A stretch of 64,000 bases of DNA from Polyangiales bacterium (GTDB taxonomy: Bacteria > Myxococcota_A > Polyangia > Polyangiales > Polyangiaceae). The notes under the pieces are model-generated. The model did no database searches. It saw only the letters and a program-made list of their open reading frames with translations, and was not told where the DNA came from. Below are positions 40,828 through 53,600 of the stretch, piece by piece. The translations under genes and the position numbers were made by a program. The number at the start of each line of letters is the position of its first letter. The first letter of the stretch is position 1. The stretch lies in the NCBI GenBank assembly GCA_038231275.1, contig JBBRLQ010000002.1, forward strand, positions 96,001-160,000, read 5' to 3'.

Positions 40828-40991
40828 GAGGGTCCGCCCGTATACCATGAGCGGCGCGGCCTCCGGGACGGACAGCAACGCGCTGCGGCGACACATTTTA
40901 CGATCGATTCAAGTAACTAAAATCGTTGTAAAATTTGCATCTTCGCACGGTTGTGGGGGGCGCGGAGACCGGTTTCGACGTAGAAAGCGGC

Positions 40992-41651
40992 GTGCTTCGG
41001 CCCCTCCTCTTCTCTTTCTGCCTGGTCGCGCCCGTCGCGGCAGGCCTCGCGGCGTGCTCTTCGCCGGGGGACGGAAGCGGCGACGCGCTCGGCGCCATCG
41101 GTGAAGGGGGCGCGGGACACTTTCACGACGCGCAGGTCACGAGCCTCGACGCGTCGCTCGTCGTACTCGAGGCCACGCCCGGTGACGACGGCGGCAACCC
41201 CGTCGACGCGACCACCGGCGACGACGCGGCCACGGTCGATGCCGGGAGCGACGCGCCGGTCGATGCTCCTGTGGACGCGCCCGCGGATACTGGACCGACG
41301 ACGTGCACGCGCACCCTCACGATCGCCGCTGTCGCGATCACGCCGACCGGGTGCCCGCTCAACGAGAGCGTGACGGCGGCGCCGGCGACGCTCACCTACC
41401 CGTGCGCCGGCGGAACGGGCACCGCGACGTTCGGGACGCAGACGTTCACGGGCTCGGTCGCCAACGGCCAGGTCGGCCTCCAGAACGTCGACACGTTCCT
41501 CATCGGCGGCAGCTGCATCTGGCAGAGCACGCAGCGCCTGGAGGGCTCGCTCGCCGGGCCGCTGACGTATACGTACTCGGAAAAGGTCGTAACGACCGGC
41601 TGCTCGTCGAGCGGCGCGTGCAAGGGCTCGGGCAGCTGCAGCGTGAAGTGA
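40992..41651 (+). CDS. Hypothetical lipoprotein
   Basis: LAAC lipobox, DA-rich linker, Cys-containing beta domain. Confidence 0.65.
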   Translation: MLRPLLFSFCLVAPVAAGLAACSSPGDGSGDALGAIGEGGAGHFHDAQVTSLDASLVVLEATPGDDGGNPVDATTGDDAATVDAGSDAPVDAPVDAPADTGPTTCTRTLTIAAVAITPTGCPLNESVTAAPATLTYPCAGGTGTATFGTQTFTGSVANGQVGLQNVDTFLIGGSCIWQSTQRLEGSLAGPLTYTYSEKVVTTGCSSSGACKGSGSCSVK

Positions 41652-41687
41652 CCTTGCGCTGCCGCCTGGGGTGCGTAACCTCCCCGC

Positions 41688-42277
41688 GTGTCCGACGCTC
41701 CCGAAAGCTCCGCCGCGCCTCCCGCGCCTCCCGCGCCTCCTCTTGCCTTCACGACGCGCATCTGGTTCGCGTGGGTGTGCTTCTTCCGCGCACTGTTCGA
41801 CGGTGACTTCGCCGCGCGCGCGTGGACGGTGAGGGACGCGTTGCCTGCGCCCGCGAAAGCTCCCGCGGCGAGCAAGCCCAAGCCCGCGCTCCCGCCGCCG
41901 CCGAGCACCGACGCGGCGCTCCAGCTCCTGGGCCTCCTCCAGCGTGAGGTGCGCCTCATCGATTTTCTCGAGCAAGACGTCGCGAGCTTCGAGGACGCAG
42001 AGATCGGCGCCGCCGCGCGCGCCGTGCACGAAGGCACACGCAAGGCGCTGCGCGCGCACGTGACGGTCGCCGCGGTGCGCGAAGAAGAAGAGGAGACGAA
42101 GGTCACTCTCGCGGAGGGCTTCGATGCGGCGAGCGTGAAGCTCACGGGGAACGTGACCGGTAAGCCGCCGTACACGGGCGTCCTCCGGCATCGCGGGTGG
42201 CGCGCGACGAAGATCAGCCTGCCAGTCGCGATCGAAGGGCACGACGTTCGGGTGCTCTGCCCGGCGGAGGTCGAGCT

Positions 42278-42281
<4 letters not shown>
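41688..42281 (+). CDS. DUF2760 family protein
   Basis: ALQLLGLLQRE.RLIDFLEQD, GVLRHRGW and PAEVEL. Confidence 0.85.
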
Positions 42282-44057
<1,776 letters not shown>

Positions 44058-44065
<8 letters not shown>

Positions 44066-46733
44066 GCCGCGCGTCGTCGGCATCGATCTGGGGACGACGA
44101 ACACGCTCGTCGCGTTCGCCAACGATGCCGGCGCGCTGTCGGTCCTCCCCATCGCGCAGCTCGTCGCGCCGGGGGTCGGCGAAGAACGCGCGCTCTTTCC
44201 GTCGTGCCTCTATGCGCCTGCGCCCGGCGAGGACCTCGGCGATCCGTTCGGCGACGCGCCGTATGTCGCAGGCGAGCTCGCGCGTCTGCGAGGCGCAGAG
44301 GTCCCCGGTCGCCTCGTCGCGTCGGCCAAGAGCTGGCTGTGCCACCCCGCCGTCGATCGCACCGCGCCGATTTTGCCGTGGGGCGCTGGCGAGGACGCTG
44401 ATTTGCCGCGAATCTCGCCGATCGACGCCAGCGCGAGGTACCTGGCGCACGTACGTCGTGTGTATAATGCACTTTTCCCCGACGAGCCCCTCGAGTTCTG
44501 CGACGTCACGCTCACCGTGCCGGCGTCCTTCGACGAGGTCGCGCGCGAGCTGACGCTGGACGCCGCGACGCGCGCAGGGCTCACGGTGCGCTTGCTCGAA
44601 GAGCCGACCGCGGCGTTTTACGACTACCTCCTCCGCGAAGGCTCGCCGGCCGTTCACGCGATCGCCGACGCGCACGGCGGCGAGGCGTTCGTGTTGGTGG
44701 TCGACGTCGGCGGCGGCACGACGGATCTGTCGCTGCTCAAGGTCACGAGGACGGCGATCGAGCGCATCGCCGTGGGGCAGCATTTGCTCCTCGGGGGCGA
44801 CAACATGGACCTCGCGCTCGCGGCGGTGTGCGAGGCGCGGCTCGGCAAGCTCGATCCGGCGCGCTTCGGGCAGCTCGTCGCGCAGTGCCGCGCCGCGAAG
44901 GAACGGCTGCTCGGTCCCGAGCCGCCGGAGGAGGTGGAGATCGCGCTCCTCAGCAAGGGCTCGAAGCTCGTCGGCGGGACGCTGCGCACGAAGCTCGGGC
45001 GCGAGGAGACGGCGCGCGTCGTGCTCGACGGATTCTTTCCGCTCACGTCGAGGGACGCGCGGCCAGAGCGCACACGTAGCGCGCTCGTCGCGTTCGGACT
45101 GCCGTACGAGAAGGACGTCGCGATCACGCGCCACGTCGCGCACTTCTTCGCGCGCCACGCTCCAGCGGACGCGCACCCGCACGCGCTCCTCGTGAACGGC
45201 GGAGTCTTTCGCGGCAAGAAGGTCATCGAACGCCTCGCCGCAGCGATCGAAGGATGGGGCGGCCCCTCGCTGCGCGTTTTGCCGCAGCCCGATCCCGATC
45301 TCGGCGTAGTGCGTGGCGCGGTCGCGTACGGCCTGTCCCTTCGCGGGGCGCTGGAGCGAATCGGCGGAGGCTCGGCGCGCGGCTTCTACGTCGGCGTCGA
45401 CGGAGGAGCGGTGTGCGTCGTGCCGCGCGGCGCCAAAGAAGGTGCGCTGCATCGCGCGGCGTCGCGAACGTTCGCGCTGACGGTCGGTCGCCCGGTGCGT
45501 TTCGATCTGTACGCCTCGGACGATGCGCGCGCCGACGCGCCGGGGGACGTCGTGCCGATCGACGAAGAGAGGATGCTGCGTTTGCCGCCGATCGCGGTCG
45601 CGCTCGGTGCCGGCGAGAAGGCGCGCGAGGTCCAGGTCGTCCTCGAAGGGCAGCTCACCGCCGTCGGCACGCTGGATCTCGCGTGCGTGGAGCTGTACGG
45701 CGCACCGCCGCGTCGCCATCGCCTCGCGTTCCAGCTCCGCAGCGGAGGATCGGAGGCGCCGACCTCGCGCGCGACGCGGCCGCCGCAGTCGATCGCGCCC
45801 CCGAGCCGCTCCTTCGAGAGCGCCGCCGCCGCGATCGCGCGCGCGTTCGGAAAAACCGGCGGCGAGCGCGAGGCGAAAGATGTCCTCCGCGAGCTGGAGC
45901 GCGCGCTCGGTGAGCGTGCGACGTGGACGACAGAGGTGACGCGCGGCCTCTTCGACGCGCTCTCGCAGCACCGCAGCGCGCGGAGGCGAACGGCCGATCA
46001 CGAGCGCGTGTTCTGGATGCTCGCGGGCTACTGCGCGCGCCCCGGCTTCGGCGATCCGCGCGATCCCGAGCGAGTCGCCGCGCTCGTTGCGCTCTGGAGC
46101 GATCGCCTCGCGTTCCCCGCCGAGGCGCGCGGATGGGCGCAGTACTGGATCGCATGGCGCCGCGTCGCCGGTGGCCTCGATGACGAGACGCAAGCGCGGA
46201 TGCGCGAAACCGTGGACCCGTACCTCGCGCCGACGGAGGCAGGCCTCAAGAAGAACAAGAAGTGGAAGCCCGAGGCGATCGGCGAGCTCCTCGAGATGGC
46301 GTCGTCCCTCGAGCGCGCGGGATCGACGTCACGCGCGGCGCTTGGCGAGTGGACCCTCGAGCGAACGTGGGTCGACGACGACGCGCGCTTGTGGGCAGCG
46401 CTCGGCCGTGTCGGCGCGCGGGTGCCGTCGTACGCGAGCCTTCATCACGTGGTCGCGCCGCTGACGGTCGAAAAGTGGCTCGAGCAAATGCTCCGCACCG
46501 CGAAATGGACGATGCCGATGGCGGAGGCCGCGGCGCGGATGACGCGCAAGACGAACGATCGCGCGCGCGACGTCGGCGATCGCGTACGCCGCGAGGTGGA
46601 GAAGAAGCTCGTCGCCGCGAACGCGCCTGCGGAGTGGCTGCGCGTCGTGCGCGAGCATGTGGAGGTGGAGGAGACGGAGCGCGCGGTTTGGCTCGGTGAC
46701 GGGCTGCCGGTGGGCCTGCGCCTCGTGACGTGA
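44058..46733 (+). CDS. Atypical Hsp70-family ATPase with C-terminal DUF3731-like domain
   Basis: Same Hsp70 motifs plus GYCARPGFGD..D, WIAWRRVAGGL, WAALGRVGAR.P.Y and GDGLPVGL. Confidence 0.88.
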
Positions 46734-46749
46734 GGTGCCGAGCGCGCGG

Positions 46750-47376
46750 TCACCGCCCCCTCGCGACCCCCTCGCACCACAGCCAGCTGCGGCGCGGGAA
46801 GACCAGCGGCGGCCTGGCGCCGACGTAGCAGCGGACGTCGTCGATCTCCGCCGCTCCCGCCCTGGCCGCGCGACGGCGCAGGTCGTCGAGGGCGTGCTGC
46901 ACGAGATGCGTCGTGCTCTGCGTGTCCTCGTGCTCCCGCTCCTCGAGCGCTTCCCCGTAGCGCGCACATGACGAGGTGTATCCGAAGAAATTGCGCGGGG
47001 GTGGCCAGTCCGCGGGGCGCCACCACGCCCGCTCGAGGGCGCTCTTCTCGTCGCTCGTGAGGTACACGTTCGCCGAACGCACGTCGTAGCGGCTCTCGCC
47101 CGCGGCCGTGTCGTTCGCCCGCCCCATCTCGAGGTTGCCCGCCAGATCGGGGAGCCGGAGCGTGAGGCGGAAAAGGTACCGGCTGCCGCAGCGCTCCATC
47201 CGCAGCACGGGCGCGACGATGAGTCGCACCGACTCGATAGGCGTCGGGGCACCCAAGCGCGCAGGATCGATCGGCTCGGCAACGGAGTACTTGGGGTACG
47301 TCGCGCCGCACGCCGTAAGAAGAGCCGTAAAAAACGCGAGCGGGGCCGCGCGCGGACCCTTCACGAGGACGAACAT
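46750..47376 (-). CDS. Hypothetical lipoprotein
   Basis: LTAC lipobox after MFVLVKG start. Confidence 0.55.
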   Translation of the reverse strand: MFVLVKGPRAAPLAFFTALLTACGATYPKYSVAEPIDPARLGAPTPIESVRLIVAPVLRMERCGSRYLFRLTLRLPDLAGNLEMGRANDTAAGESRYDVRSANVYLTSDEKSALERAWWRPADWPPPRNFFGYTSSCARYGEALEEREHEDTQSTTHLVQHALDDLRRRAARAGAAEIDDVRCYVGARPPLVFPRRSWLWCEGVARGR

Positions 47377-47411
47377 GAGAGGCGCGCATCGCAACCCGCG
47401 TGCCGTGCCGG

Positions 47412-47873
47412 TCAGTCGGCGTCGGCGCACACCGCGTGGCACGAGGCGGTTCGGCACGCGAGGTACGCGTCGTAGAGCGGTGCGGCCGCGGCGTCGGCGG
47501 CGCGGCACGCGTCGCGGCAGAGGAAAACGGCCTTCGGATCCTCGTTCGTCGCGAGCTTGGCCTGGCACGCGTCGAGGCACGCACCGAACGGCGCGCACAG
47601 TCCGGCGCCGTCGTGGCCGAAGCAGCTGACCGTGAGCTCGCAGCACTTGTCTTGGAGACACGCGTCACAGAAGCCATGCGCGTGGGTCCCGTCAACGCGC
47701 GGTGCGTCGAAGGTGACGGCAGAGTGCACGAGATCGCACGTGGCCTTCTCCGGCTCCGTCGCGCTCGACGCGTTGGGCGCCGGCGCGGCGTGCTCGGGCG
47801 CGCTGCTGCACGCGCCAAGGATCGGGGCCACAGCGAAGGCGAAGAGCGCGGCGACGGATGCGCGGTGGATCAT
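47412..47873 (-). CDS. Cys-rich hypothetical lipoprotein
   Basis: LGAC lipobox; CxxC/CC helical Cys pattern. Confidence 0.6.
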   Translation of the reverse strand: MIHRASVAALFAFAVAPILGACSSAPEHAAPAPNASSATEPEKATCDLVHSAVTFDAPRVDGTHAHGFCDACLQDKCCELTVSCFGHDGAGLCAPFGACLDACQAKLATNEDPKAVFLCRDACRAADAAAAPLYDAYLACRTASCHAVCADAD

Positions 47874-48055
47874 GTCCCCCCGTCTCTCTTCACGAGTCGT
47901 GCCGCGGTGCAACCCCGCGGTCAGAGGAGGCGCGTTCGATCGGTGTGACGCGTTGTGACGAGCCTGTAACGCCCCCCACGAACGAACGATCCACCACCCG
48001 GCTCGCGGCGCGCGCTTTGTCGGGAGGCGCAGGTGTGGCATCCTCCGCCCGTTTC

Positions 48056-48128
48056 GCCCCCGTAGCTCAGTGGATAGAGCAGCGGTTTCCTAAACCGTTG
48101 GTCGCAAGTTCGATTCCTGCCGGGGGCG
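48056..48128 (+). tRNA. tRNA-Arg(CCT)
   Basis: Acceptor stem GCCCCCG/CGGGGGC, D-arm GCTC-AGTGGATA-GAGC, anticodon loop TTCCTAA, T-loop TTCGATT; CCA not encoded; one A-C mismatch in the T stem. Confidence 0.95.
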
Positions 48129-48270
48129 CCTCATCGTTGTTGGTGGTCGGGACTGGCGAGAATGATCGCGACCGACCACCAGCTCGCCATTGGCGTTCGC
48201 CTTCCGTGCGCCGCGGTGACCTGGTCAACTCGGGTCCCTCGCCAGAGGGGATTTCGGCCTGAAGCCGCAG

Positions 48271-48552
48271 CTACGGCGCCGGTCGCGAGAGGTCCTGCCA
48301 CTCGCCCGTCGCGATCGCGACGCACTGGGATCCCCCCGGCGAGGTCATGCAGTGGTAGCGCACCCAACGACCGCAGCCCTGAAAGGTGAGGCTCGCGTGT
48401 CGGTACTGCGTGACCTTCTCACGCGGACACCCCAAGTCCGACGGCGCGTGGTCCTCGGCGATGTGAAACTCCCGCAGAGGAGACGCGCACGCGAAAAGAG
48501 GGGCGACGACCAGTGTCGTCGCGAACCAGGCCCGGTGGATCGACATCGCCAT
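48271..48552 (-). CDS. Small hypothetical lipoprotein
   Basis: LFAC lipobox; DLGCP and GCGR..RY.C pattern. Confidence 0.6.
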   Translation of the reverse strand: MAMSIHRAWFATTLVVAPLFACASPLREFHIAEDHAPSDLGCPREKVTQYRHASLTFQGCGRWVRYHCMTSPGGSQCVAIATGEWQDLSRPAP

Positions 48553-48579
48553 CGACGCGAGAGCTTACCCGCGCATCCG

Positions 48580-49866
48580 TCACTGCGGCACGACGATCGG
48601 CACGTGGTACGCGCCAATGCCGTTCGGCACGCCGTTCCCGTGATACGTGAACCCGCCGTCGGCGTCGCGCAGGATGGGGGCGATGAGCGGGAAATTGATG
48701 CCATAGCTCGCGAGCATCAGCTTGCCGTCGGGATCGTACTCGAGGGACGTCCCGCCGACCCCGTTGACGAGCGGGTGCGCCACCGGCGCGGCGAGGCCAC
48801 CGGTCAGGCCGTCGAGCGGGAACGTGTAGAGCGTCGACGCCGAGGTGCTGCCGACGTAGAGCACAGCGCCGCCCGGATCGATGGCCAACCCCTCGATCGA
48901 CGCGGTGGTCACCGATTGTGAGCCGAAGACGTTCATCGCGCCCGTCGCGTCATACGAGACGGCATAGACGACGGTGCCATTCGGGCCGGTCACGTACAAG
49001 ACCGGCTTCGTCGGATGATGAACGACCACCGACGGCCCCCCGGGAGTGCTGACCGTCAGGCGGTTCGAGAGCGCGCCGGTGCCCGGGTCCACCTTGAACG
49101 ACGACAGCGAGTCCGAGTTCACGTTCGTGACGAAGAGGAGATCCCCCGCCGGCGAGAGCACCGTGCCCCGCGGCCAGACGAGGGTGGTCGCCGTCGCCGC
49201 CTGCGCGGTGAGCGTGCCGTCCGCCGCGATGTCGTAGACGGTGATGCTCTTGCCGTTGAAGTTGGAGACGTACAGGTGCTTTCCGGCGGGATCGGCGACG
49301 AGGTACGTCGGCGTAGCGCCCGCGGTGGCCTGCGTGCCGAGGGGCGTGAGGGCGCCCGACTTCGTATCGACCGCGTACGCGGAGACCGACTGGTCGCCGT
49401 TGTTCGCCGCGTAGAGAAATTTCGAGTTCGGCGTCGTCGCGCAGGCGACCGGGCCCTTGCCCGCGGGAACGCTGCCCTGAAATCCCGCGTTGACCGCGTC
49501 GGTGTCGAAAGGTGCGATCGCGCCGGTCGTGGGATCGAAGGCGTACCCGAACACGCCGCTCTGCGGCCCGCCGTCGGGCAGTGGCGTCTCGAGCGTGGCG
49601 CACACGTACGCGAAGTGAACGGGGCCGGCGTCGAACGTCGTCGCGCCGTCGCCGGAGTCCGTCACCACGGAGCCGTCGGGCGCGCCGCCGTCGCCCGGCA
49701 GCGTGCCGTCGGGGAGGGCGCCGTCCAAGGGAGGAGCGTTGACGTCGTAGCCGCCGCCGTCGAAGGACTGCGCGCCCGGCGGGCTCGCGTCGGAGGTGAC
49801 GCAGGCGAACGGAGCGAGCGCCGTCCAGACGAGCACGAGGGCACTCCAGGCGTACGAGGTTCGCAT
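48580..49866 (-). CDS. Lactonase-family beta-propeller lipoprotein
   Basis: Repeated blades P.GKxLY.xN...SVxxYxVD..SGAL. Confidence 0.8.
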   Translation of the reverse strand: MRTSYAWSALVLVWTALAPFACVTSDASPPGAQSFDGGGYDVNAPPLDGALPDGTLPGDGGAPDGSVVTDSGDGATTFDAGPVHFAYVCATLETPLPDGGPQSGVFGYAFDPTTGAIAPFDTDAVNAGFQGSVPAGKGPVACATTPNSKFLYAANNGDQSVSAYAVDTKSGALTPLGTQATAGATPTYLVADPAGKHLYVSNFNGKSITVYDIAADGTLTAQAATATTLVWPRGTVLSPAGDLLFVTNVNSDSLSSFKVDPGTGALSNRLTVSTPGGPSVVVHHPTKPVLYVTGPNGTVVYAVSYDATGAMNVFGSQSVTTASIEGLAIDPGGAVLYVGSTSASTLYTFPLDGLTGGLAAPVAHPLVNGVGGTSLEYDPDGKLMLASYGINFPLIAPILRDADGGFTYHGNGVPNGIGAYHVPIVVPQ

Positions 49867-50093
49867 TCGCCGAGCAGCATGCGGCCGCCCGCGTGCCTAC
49901 GCAAGCGCACGCGTGTCACCCGTTTGGGGGCAGGAGGAAGAGAACATTCGACCGCGGACAACCGTCCGCCATGGAGCGGCTTCTTGTCCTCGCGATGGAC
50001 GCGCTGCCGTCACCCGAATCTGGAATTTTTCTCGTCGCGCGGTATTTCTCCGGTGAAACTCACTGCGCACGCGACGTGCAAGAGAGCCGCGTC

Positions 50094-51527
50094 ATGGAAC
50101 CTCGGGCCCGTCTCGCTCGCGTCGTGTCGCTCGGCGCCGCCGCGCTCGCCGTCGTCGCCCTATCCTCGGCGTGCGGGAGCGCGCACGGCGAGGGATTTCA
50201 CGACGACCCGCCCGCAACACCCGCCGCGAGCGGAGCGGACGCCGCTGGAGGCGCCGACGGATCGACGCCGCTCCTCGGCCCCGCGATCGAAGGCGGAGCG
50301 CCCGGCTGCGGCACGACGATCAGCGGCACCGTGTACGATCCCGCCGGACGCAATCCGCTCTACGGCGTCGCGGTCTACGTCCCCAAGTCGACGCCGGCCG
50401 CGTTGCCGTCCGGCGCCGCGTGCAACTCGTGCAGCGAGCTCTACACCGGCGAGCCCGTCGCCGCCGCAATCACCGACGCGGCCGGCAAGTTCACGATGAA
50501 CGGCGTGCCTGGCAGCGGCAAGACACCGCTCGTGCTCCAAGTCGGCAAGTGGCGCAAGCAGCTCGTCGTCGACGTCACCGCGTGCAAGGACAACCCGCTG
50601 CCTGATCGCTCGCTCACGCTCCCCAAGAACCACACCGAAGGGGACATCCCGAACATTGCGATCACCACCGGCCAGGCCGACACGCTCGAGTGCTTGCTCC
50701 GTCGCGTCGGCATCGACGCCGCCGAGTACGTGCCGGGTGCCGGCGGCGCGGGACGCATCCATATCTTCCAGGGGACGGGGTGGACGGCAGGCCCAGGTCC
50801 GAACACGCAGCCGGCCGCGCCCGATCCGATGACCGTCCTCTGGGACGCATCCGCGCACATGATGCCGTACGACATGGTGCTGATGTCGTGCCTCGGCGAC
50901 GAGCCCGGGCCTGCCCTCGTCGGCCTGAGCGACACCAATCGGCAGGCGCTCTACGACTACGCGGCGGCGGGCGGGCGCGTGTTCGCGTCGCATTTTCACT
51001 ACGCGTGGTTCAACGCGGGGCCGTTCGGCGGCGCGAACCTCGCGTCGTGGAGCGCCGGCGCCAACAACATCGGAACCGTGAACGCCTCGATCGCCGCGAC
51101 CCTCCCCAACGGCCAGCCGTTCCCGAAGGGCATCGCGTTGAAGGCGTGGCTCGGCAACGTGGGCGCGCTCCAAGGCGGCGAGCTCACCATCCAGGAAGCG
51201 CGGCGCAACGCGACAGTGAGCGCGGCGAACCCCGCGTCGCAGCCGTGGATCGTCGCCGACACCGGCCCGACGCAGTACCTCTCCTTCGACACCCCGATCG
51301 GCGCCGCGCCTGACAAGGTTTGCGGGCGCGTCGTCTTCAGCGATCTGCACGTCGGCGGCGCCTCCGGCGACTACGGCGGAAATCCCAAGGGCGCGACGAC
51401 GCCGGCCGGATGCGCCGCGAACGATCTCTCCCCGCAGGAGAAGGCGCTCGAGTTCATGCTGTTCGATCTGTCGTCGTGCGTCACCCCGAACAGCGTCCCG
51501 CCCCCGCCGCCGCCAGTGGTGAAGTGA
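50094..51527 (+). CDS. Lipoprotein with carboxypeptidase-regulatory-like domain
   Basis: SSAC lipobox, ISGTVYDPAG..PL, TDAAGKF and QEKALEFMLFDL. Confidence 0.7.
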   Translation: MEPRARLARVVSLGAAALAVVALSSACGSAHGEGFHDDPPATPAASGADAAGGADGSTPLLGPAIEGGAPGCGTTISGTVYDPAGRNPLYGVAVYVPKSTPAALPSGAACNSCSELYTGEPVAAAITDAAGKFTMNGVPGSGKTPLVLQVGKWRKQLVVDVTACKDNPLPDRSLTLPKNHTEGDIPNIAITTGQADTLECLLRRVGIDAAEYVPGAGGAGRIHIFQGTGWTAGPGPNTQPAAPDPMTVLWDASAHMMPYDMVLMSCLGDEPGPALVGLSDTNRQALYDYAAAGGRVFASHFHYAWFNAGPFGGANLASWSAGANNIGTVNASIAATLPNGQPFPKGIALKAWLGNVGALQGGELTIQEARRNATVSAANPASQPWIVADTGPTQYLSFDTPIGAAPDKVCGRVVFSDLHVGGASGDYGGNPKGATTPAGCAANDLSPQEKALEFMLFDLSSCVTPNSVPPPPPPVVK

Positions 51528-51547
51528 GACTCGCGCGATAGGACTCT

Positions 51548-51763
51548 CTAAAGGCGCACGTCGATCGGCACGGCGCGGCGCAGCTCGATCAGCCAACGCT
51601 TCATCTCGCGATCGACGACGGTCTCGATGGCGCGGTCGAACATGACCCTCCTGACCTCCTCGAAGGCCGGCATGGGCGCTCCCGCGGTGAGCTGGCGGAC
51701 GGCCTGCGCGTACGCCGCGCGCGCGTCTCGCTCCGTGACTTGCACCCTTCCGCGAACGCGCAG
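51548..51763 (-). pseudogene. 3' fragment resembling a SurA-like chaperone C-terminus
   Basis: LRVRGRVQVTERD...RWLIELRRAVPIDVRL*; N-terminal part absent. Confidence 0.45.
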
Positions 51764-51765
51764 CG

Positions 51766-51879
51766 TGCAATGGCCCCGCCGGCTACACGTGCCACTGCTC
51801 CTCCGTGGACGCCGGCGACGGTGGCGGCGGTGGCCAGTGGTCCTGCGTCGGAACCGGCGGCGCGTGCCAGGTCAACTGA
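51766..51879 (+). pseudogene. 3' fragment of a Cys-rich lipoprotein gene
   Basis: CNGPAGYTCHCSSVDAGDGGGGGQWSCVGTGGACQVN*; no start codon after the in-frame TGA at 51736. Confidence 0.5.
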
Positions 51880-51961
51880 AGGGCATGGCGTCTTCGCGGG
51901 CGCTCGCCGATAGTTTCTGACCTGAGCGCGCGACGGCCGAGGTGACGGGTATCCTTGTTCG

Positions 51962-53497
51962 ATGCGGCACGCCAAGCTCGCTCTTGCGCTCGCGGTCCTC
52001 TTCGCGCTCGTCGCGTGGGCGTGCGGAGGAGACTCGCCGTCGTCGTCCGTGACCGCGCCCGATGCATCCATTCAGGACGCGTCGGGCGATGGCCCGGTGG
52101 CGCCCGGCACCGACGGCTCCTCGCCCACGGATGGTGGCGCGTCCGATGGATCGCGTGAGAGCAGCGCGCCGGTGACGTCGACCTCGCAGCTGCCCGATCC
52201 CAACGTGACGTTCTTCGCGCTGTCGAAGGCGTTCAAGCCCAACAAGCGCGTCTTTGCACACTACATGCTTTGCTGCGGATCCTTCGGCGTGACCGTCGAC
52301 GACTTCGCGAACGAGGTCACGCTGGCGCAAGCGATGGGCATCGACGGCTTCGCGCTCAACGCGGGCGGGTGGAGCGCTGCAAACTACAAGGCCGACGCCG
52401 CCAACATGTTCGCGGCGGCGAAAACACTGGGCACCGACTTCAAGCTCTTCTTCTCGGCGGACCTGTGCTGCAACCTGCCGGCGGCCGACATCGTCGACAT
52501 GATGACGACGTACGCGGCGCACGCCAACTACCTTCGCGAGGGCACGAAGGCGGTCTTGTCGGCGTGGGCGGGCGGAAGCCACACGGCCGCGAGCGTCGAC
52601 TTCTGGCAGAACCAGGTCATCGGCGCAGCGAAGACGGCGGGCGTCGACGTCTTCTTCATTCCATTTTTCTATCCGGAGCCCGTGTCCGAGGTGCCGGCAC
52701 CCGCGCTCGTGCAGGACAACGTCGCATTCTGGAAGGATCACGTCGACGGGATGTTCTATTTCGGCGCGTCGGGTCTTCCCTTCGGCGATCCGTCGCTCGT
52801 CACGGCGAACGCCGCGTACGCGCAGGCGCTCGCGGCAGCCGGGAAGAAGGCGATGGCGAGCTACAGCGCCGCGTATTGGGGCGCGGTCCAGGGCGATCGT
52901 CGGTACTTCGAGTACCAGGGCGGCCTCGGGACCGAGACGCAATGGAAGGCACTCGTCGCCGCCGATCCCGATTGGGTCGAGATCTCGACGTGGAACGATC
53001 TCAACGAGTCGTACATGATGCCGATGGACGATTTTCAGAAGCACCGCGACTGGGGCATGCCGCTCGGCTTCTACAAACCTCACTACGGCTACGCCGAGCT
53101 CGTTCGGTATTACATACAGTGGTTCAAGACCGGCATCGTCCCGACGCTCACGCGCGACAGCATCTTCTACGCCTACCGCACGCAGCCGAAGAACTTGGTG
53201 CCGACGGCTCAGGACGGCGGCGTCGCGTTCATCGGTGACGTGCAGGACGACATCTACCTCACCATCCCTCTCCTCGCCCCCGCGGAGCTGCGCGTCACGA
53301 CGGGCGGCCAGGTCGTCACCGTTCCCCTCCCCGCCGGGATGAACCAGAAGGCGGTGCCCTTCAACGTCGGCGCGCAGTCGTTCGAGCTATGGCGCGGCGG
53401 CGCGAAGATCAACGGGATCGCCGGCGAGCCTGTCGTGGACAAGGGTGCGCGCTACGATTTCTGGAGCACGACGGGCTTCGTCGAGACCACGCCGTAG
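51962..53497 (+). CDS. Glycoside hydrolase family 71 (endo-alpha-1,3-glucanase) lipoprotein
   Basis: VFAHYM, GIDGFALN, FKLFFSAD and VEISTWNDLNES motifs; AWAC lipobox. Confidence 0.85.
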   Translation: MRHAKLALALAVLFALVAWACGGDSPSSSVTAPDASIQDASGDGPVAPGTDGSSPTDGGASDGSRESSAPVTSTSQLPDPNVTFFALSKAFKPNKRVFAHYMLCCGSFGVTVDDFANEVTLAQAMGIDGFALNAGGWSAANYKADAANMFAAAKTLGTDFKLFFSADLCCNLPAADIVDMMTTYAAHANYLREGTKAVLSAWAGGSHTAASVDFWQNQVIGAAKTAGVDVFFIPFFYPEPVSEVPAPALVQDNVAFWKDHVDGMFYFGASGLPFGDPSLVTANAAYAQALAAAGKKAMASYSAAYWGAVQGDRRYFEYQGGLGTETQWKALVAADPDWVEISTWNDLNESYMMPMDDFQKHRDWGMPLGFYKPHYGYAELVRYYIQWFKTGIVPTLTRDSIFYAYRTQPKNLVPTAQDGGVAFIGDVQDDIYLTIPLLAPAELRVTTGGQVVTVPLPAGMNQKAVPFNVGAQSFELWRGGAKINGIAGEPVVDKGARYDFWSTTGFVETTP

Positions 53498-53600
53498 ACT
53501 TTCGAGCACGTCTTGCGCAGGTCAGGCGAGCTCCGAGAATCGACTGAGCAGACCATGCTCGACCCACCACCACGAACGCGGGGTTGGCGCGGGCGTCTTC

